A DNA stretch of 64,000 nt, taken from positions 191,844 to 255,843 of the forward strand of contig JAWQFM010000027.1 in the NCBI GenBank assembly GCA_033442325.1, written 5' to 3'. Position numbers and translations under genes: made by a program. The stretch is from Salpingoeca rosetta. Taxonomy: Eukaryota; Protista; Choanoflagellata. The notes under the pieces are model-generated. The model was not told the DNA's origin, ran no database searches, and saw only the letters and a list, made by a program, of their open reading frames with translations. Of this stretch, positions 54,065-64,000 are shown piece after piece (position 1 is the stretch's first letter; each line of letters starts with the position of its first letter).

Positions 54065-54418
54065 TTAGAGCTCCTGGGCCTTGTCCAGGGTGGCAAAGAG
54101 ATACCTCTGCTTGGCCTGGGCAACGTCGTGGTTGAGCTGGCGAAGGGCCTGGTGCAGAGACTCCTGGACGTCTTTCTGGGCAGTGGTGCTCTTCTTGGAC
54201 AGCTGGGTCCGTGTGTGCTGGAAGACGTCGCGGGCCTGCTGCACGGCGCGCTCGTACTCGCGCTCCGCCTTGCGGGGACCGGCACTCAAAAACTCAGAGT
54301 TTGAAGTGGCCAGCGTGCGTATCCTGGACGCCGTCTGCTTGGTGCTGTTCAGGCGACTTGCCGCCGTGGCAACACGCATCGTCTGTGACATGAGATTCCT
54401 CATCATCATGGGAGCCAT
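54065..54418 (-). CDS. Small intronless, probably mitochondrial, all-helical protein (117 aa), function unknown
   Basis: MAPMMMRNLMSQTMRVATAASRLNSTKQTASRIRTLAT is an R/S/T/A-rich, acid-free presequence, followed by an amphipathic helical body. Codon usage is coding-like. Confidence 0.6.
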   Translation of the reverse strand: MAPMMMRNLMSQTMRVATAASRLNSTKQTASRIRTLATSNSEFLSAGPRKAEREYERAVQQARDVFQHTRTQLSKKSTTAQKDVQESLHQALRQLNHDVAQAKQRYLFATLDKAQEL

Positions 54419-54829
54419 TGCTGTGGTTGGTTCGGGGTGGAGGTGGGTAGGTCTTTGTGTGTTGTAGTAGTTGTAGTTGTCGACGTAAAGAAAAGAAAAG
54501 GCGGGTTGGATGTCGTGGCAATCTGCGGTGGTGGATGAACAGGTTGATGTTGGATGGGAAAATGAACCCATGCACAAGTTTCCTCTCACTTGTAGTCAGC
54601 CAGCGCCGCCTTCACACGCGCGGGAGATCGTGGTGTCACACACACGCACACACACACGCACGCACACGTTGCAGTGGCAGATTTTGCAGAAGCGATCTTC
54701 GATTGCGATCGGGCAGCGCAACTGTCACAGTGCACGGCCACATGGCACTGGTGCGTGCTGGACGAAGGAGCGGAGCACAACACCCGGACACGTTGTAAGC
54801 GTTGTCTGTGTTTGTGCGTCGTCTGTCGT

Positions 54830-55030
54830 GGCTGCAACATCGAAATCTTCAAACATTTTCGGCCACGCGACTGTTTCACCGATGTCATTCGCAAATATTC
54901 GATATCAGCGTTTGAAGCAACCGAAAATTTACCAAAGCCGTTCGCAGAAAACGGTCCGTTTCAAATAATGCACTTTATGATGTTGTAAACGAAAATTGGG
55001 GGTGAACGACAGCGACATACGGAAACATAC
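54830..55030. promoter_or_regulatory. AT-richer core of a probable bidirectional promoter (small mitochondrial ORF / MTA-RERE-like gene)
   Basis: Lies between divergent ATGs 54418(-) and 55115(+); microsatellite-free and AT-elevated like 1060-1260. Confidence 0.4.
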
Positions 55031-55114
55031 ATAAGCCTGGTGGGTTGGCGCGAAAGGCAAAAGCAGAGGCACAAAGGAGCAACTGCTGCTGCTGTGAACG
55101 GTGTGTCCGCATGC

Positions 55115-61811
<6,697 letters not shown>

Positions 61812-62047
61812 CGGCAGCAGGGTGGATGGGGATGACAACTGGTGGTGGTGGGCGAAGAGGTGAAGCAGCGTGCCGTGTTTGGGTGTTGTTGATCTGAGAA
61901 AGTGAAACGTGCCAACTCGCAAAACTTCAAGCAAGCGAAGAGAAGGCAAAGAAGCAAGACCACACACACACACACACACAACGAACACCACACAACGACC
62001 ACCGCCCCATCACACAAGACAGCGCAATCCGCCTGCTGTGCTGACTG

Positions 62048-64000
<1,953 letters not shown>

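Overview
Eukaryotic, intron-dense, GC-rich genomic DNA. Its introns are packed with (GT)n/(CA)n, (GGT)n/(CAC)n and similar microsatellites, and there are five N-gaps. Style and gene content suggest a choanoflagellate such as Salpingoeca rosetta (inference). Almost all ORF-track entries (HT/CV repeats) are microsatellite artefacts, so I assembled genes by hand from GT-AG exons. In order: 5' end of mitochondrial P5C dehydrogenase (-); PHD/zinc-knuckle chromatin protein (+); stand-alone degenerate KH protein (+); LMBRD2 (+); kinase-only SLK/LOK-like STE20 kinase (-); LRR receptor TKL kinase (+); ankyrin-repeat protein (-); Kelch/Cys-rich/EGF receptor TKL kinase (+); hypothetical protein (-); ADAP/FYB-like hSH3 phosphotyrosine adaptor (+); NLR-like degenerate-NACHT + RI-type LRR protein (-); small mitochondrial helical protein (-); MTA/RERE-like BAH-ELM2-SANT-GATA protein (+); 5' part of a GT17 (MGAT3-like) glycosyltransferase (+). 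Four observations stand out. (1) Many introns have G/U-rich repeats after the donor and complementary C/A-rich repeats before the acceptor, often with no U-rich polypyrimidine tract. (2) The NLR-like gene has a dead P-loop and animal-NLR-style one-LRR-per-exon structure. (3) Two receptor kinases share a juxtamembrane/kinase module but have unrelated ectodomains. (4) An ADAP-like adaptor is present. All homology calls come from motif recognition, not database searches.
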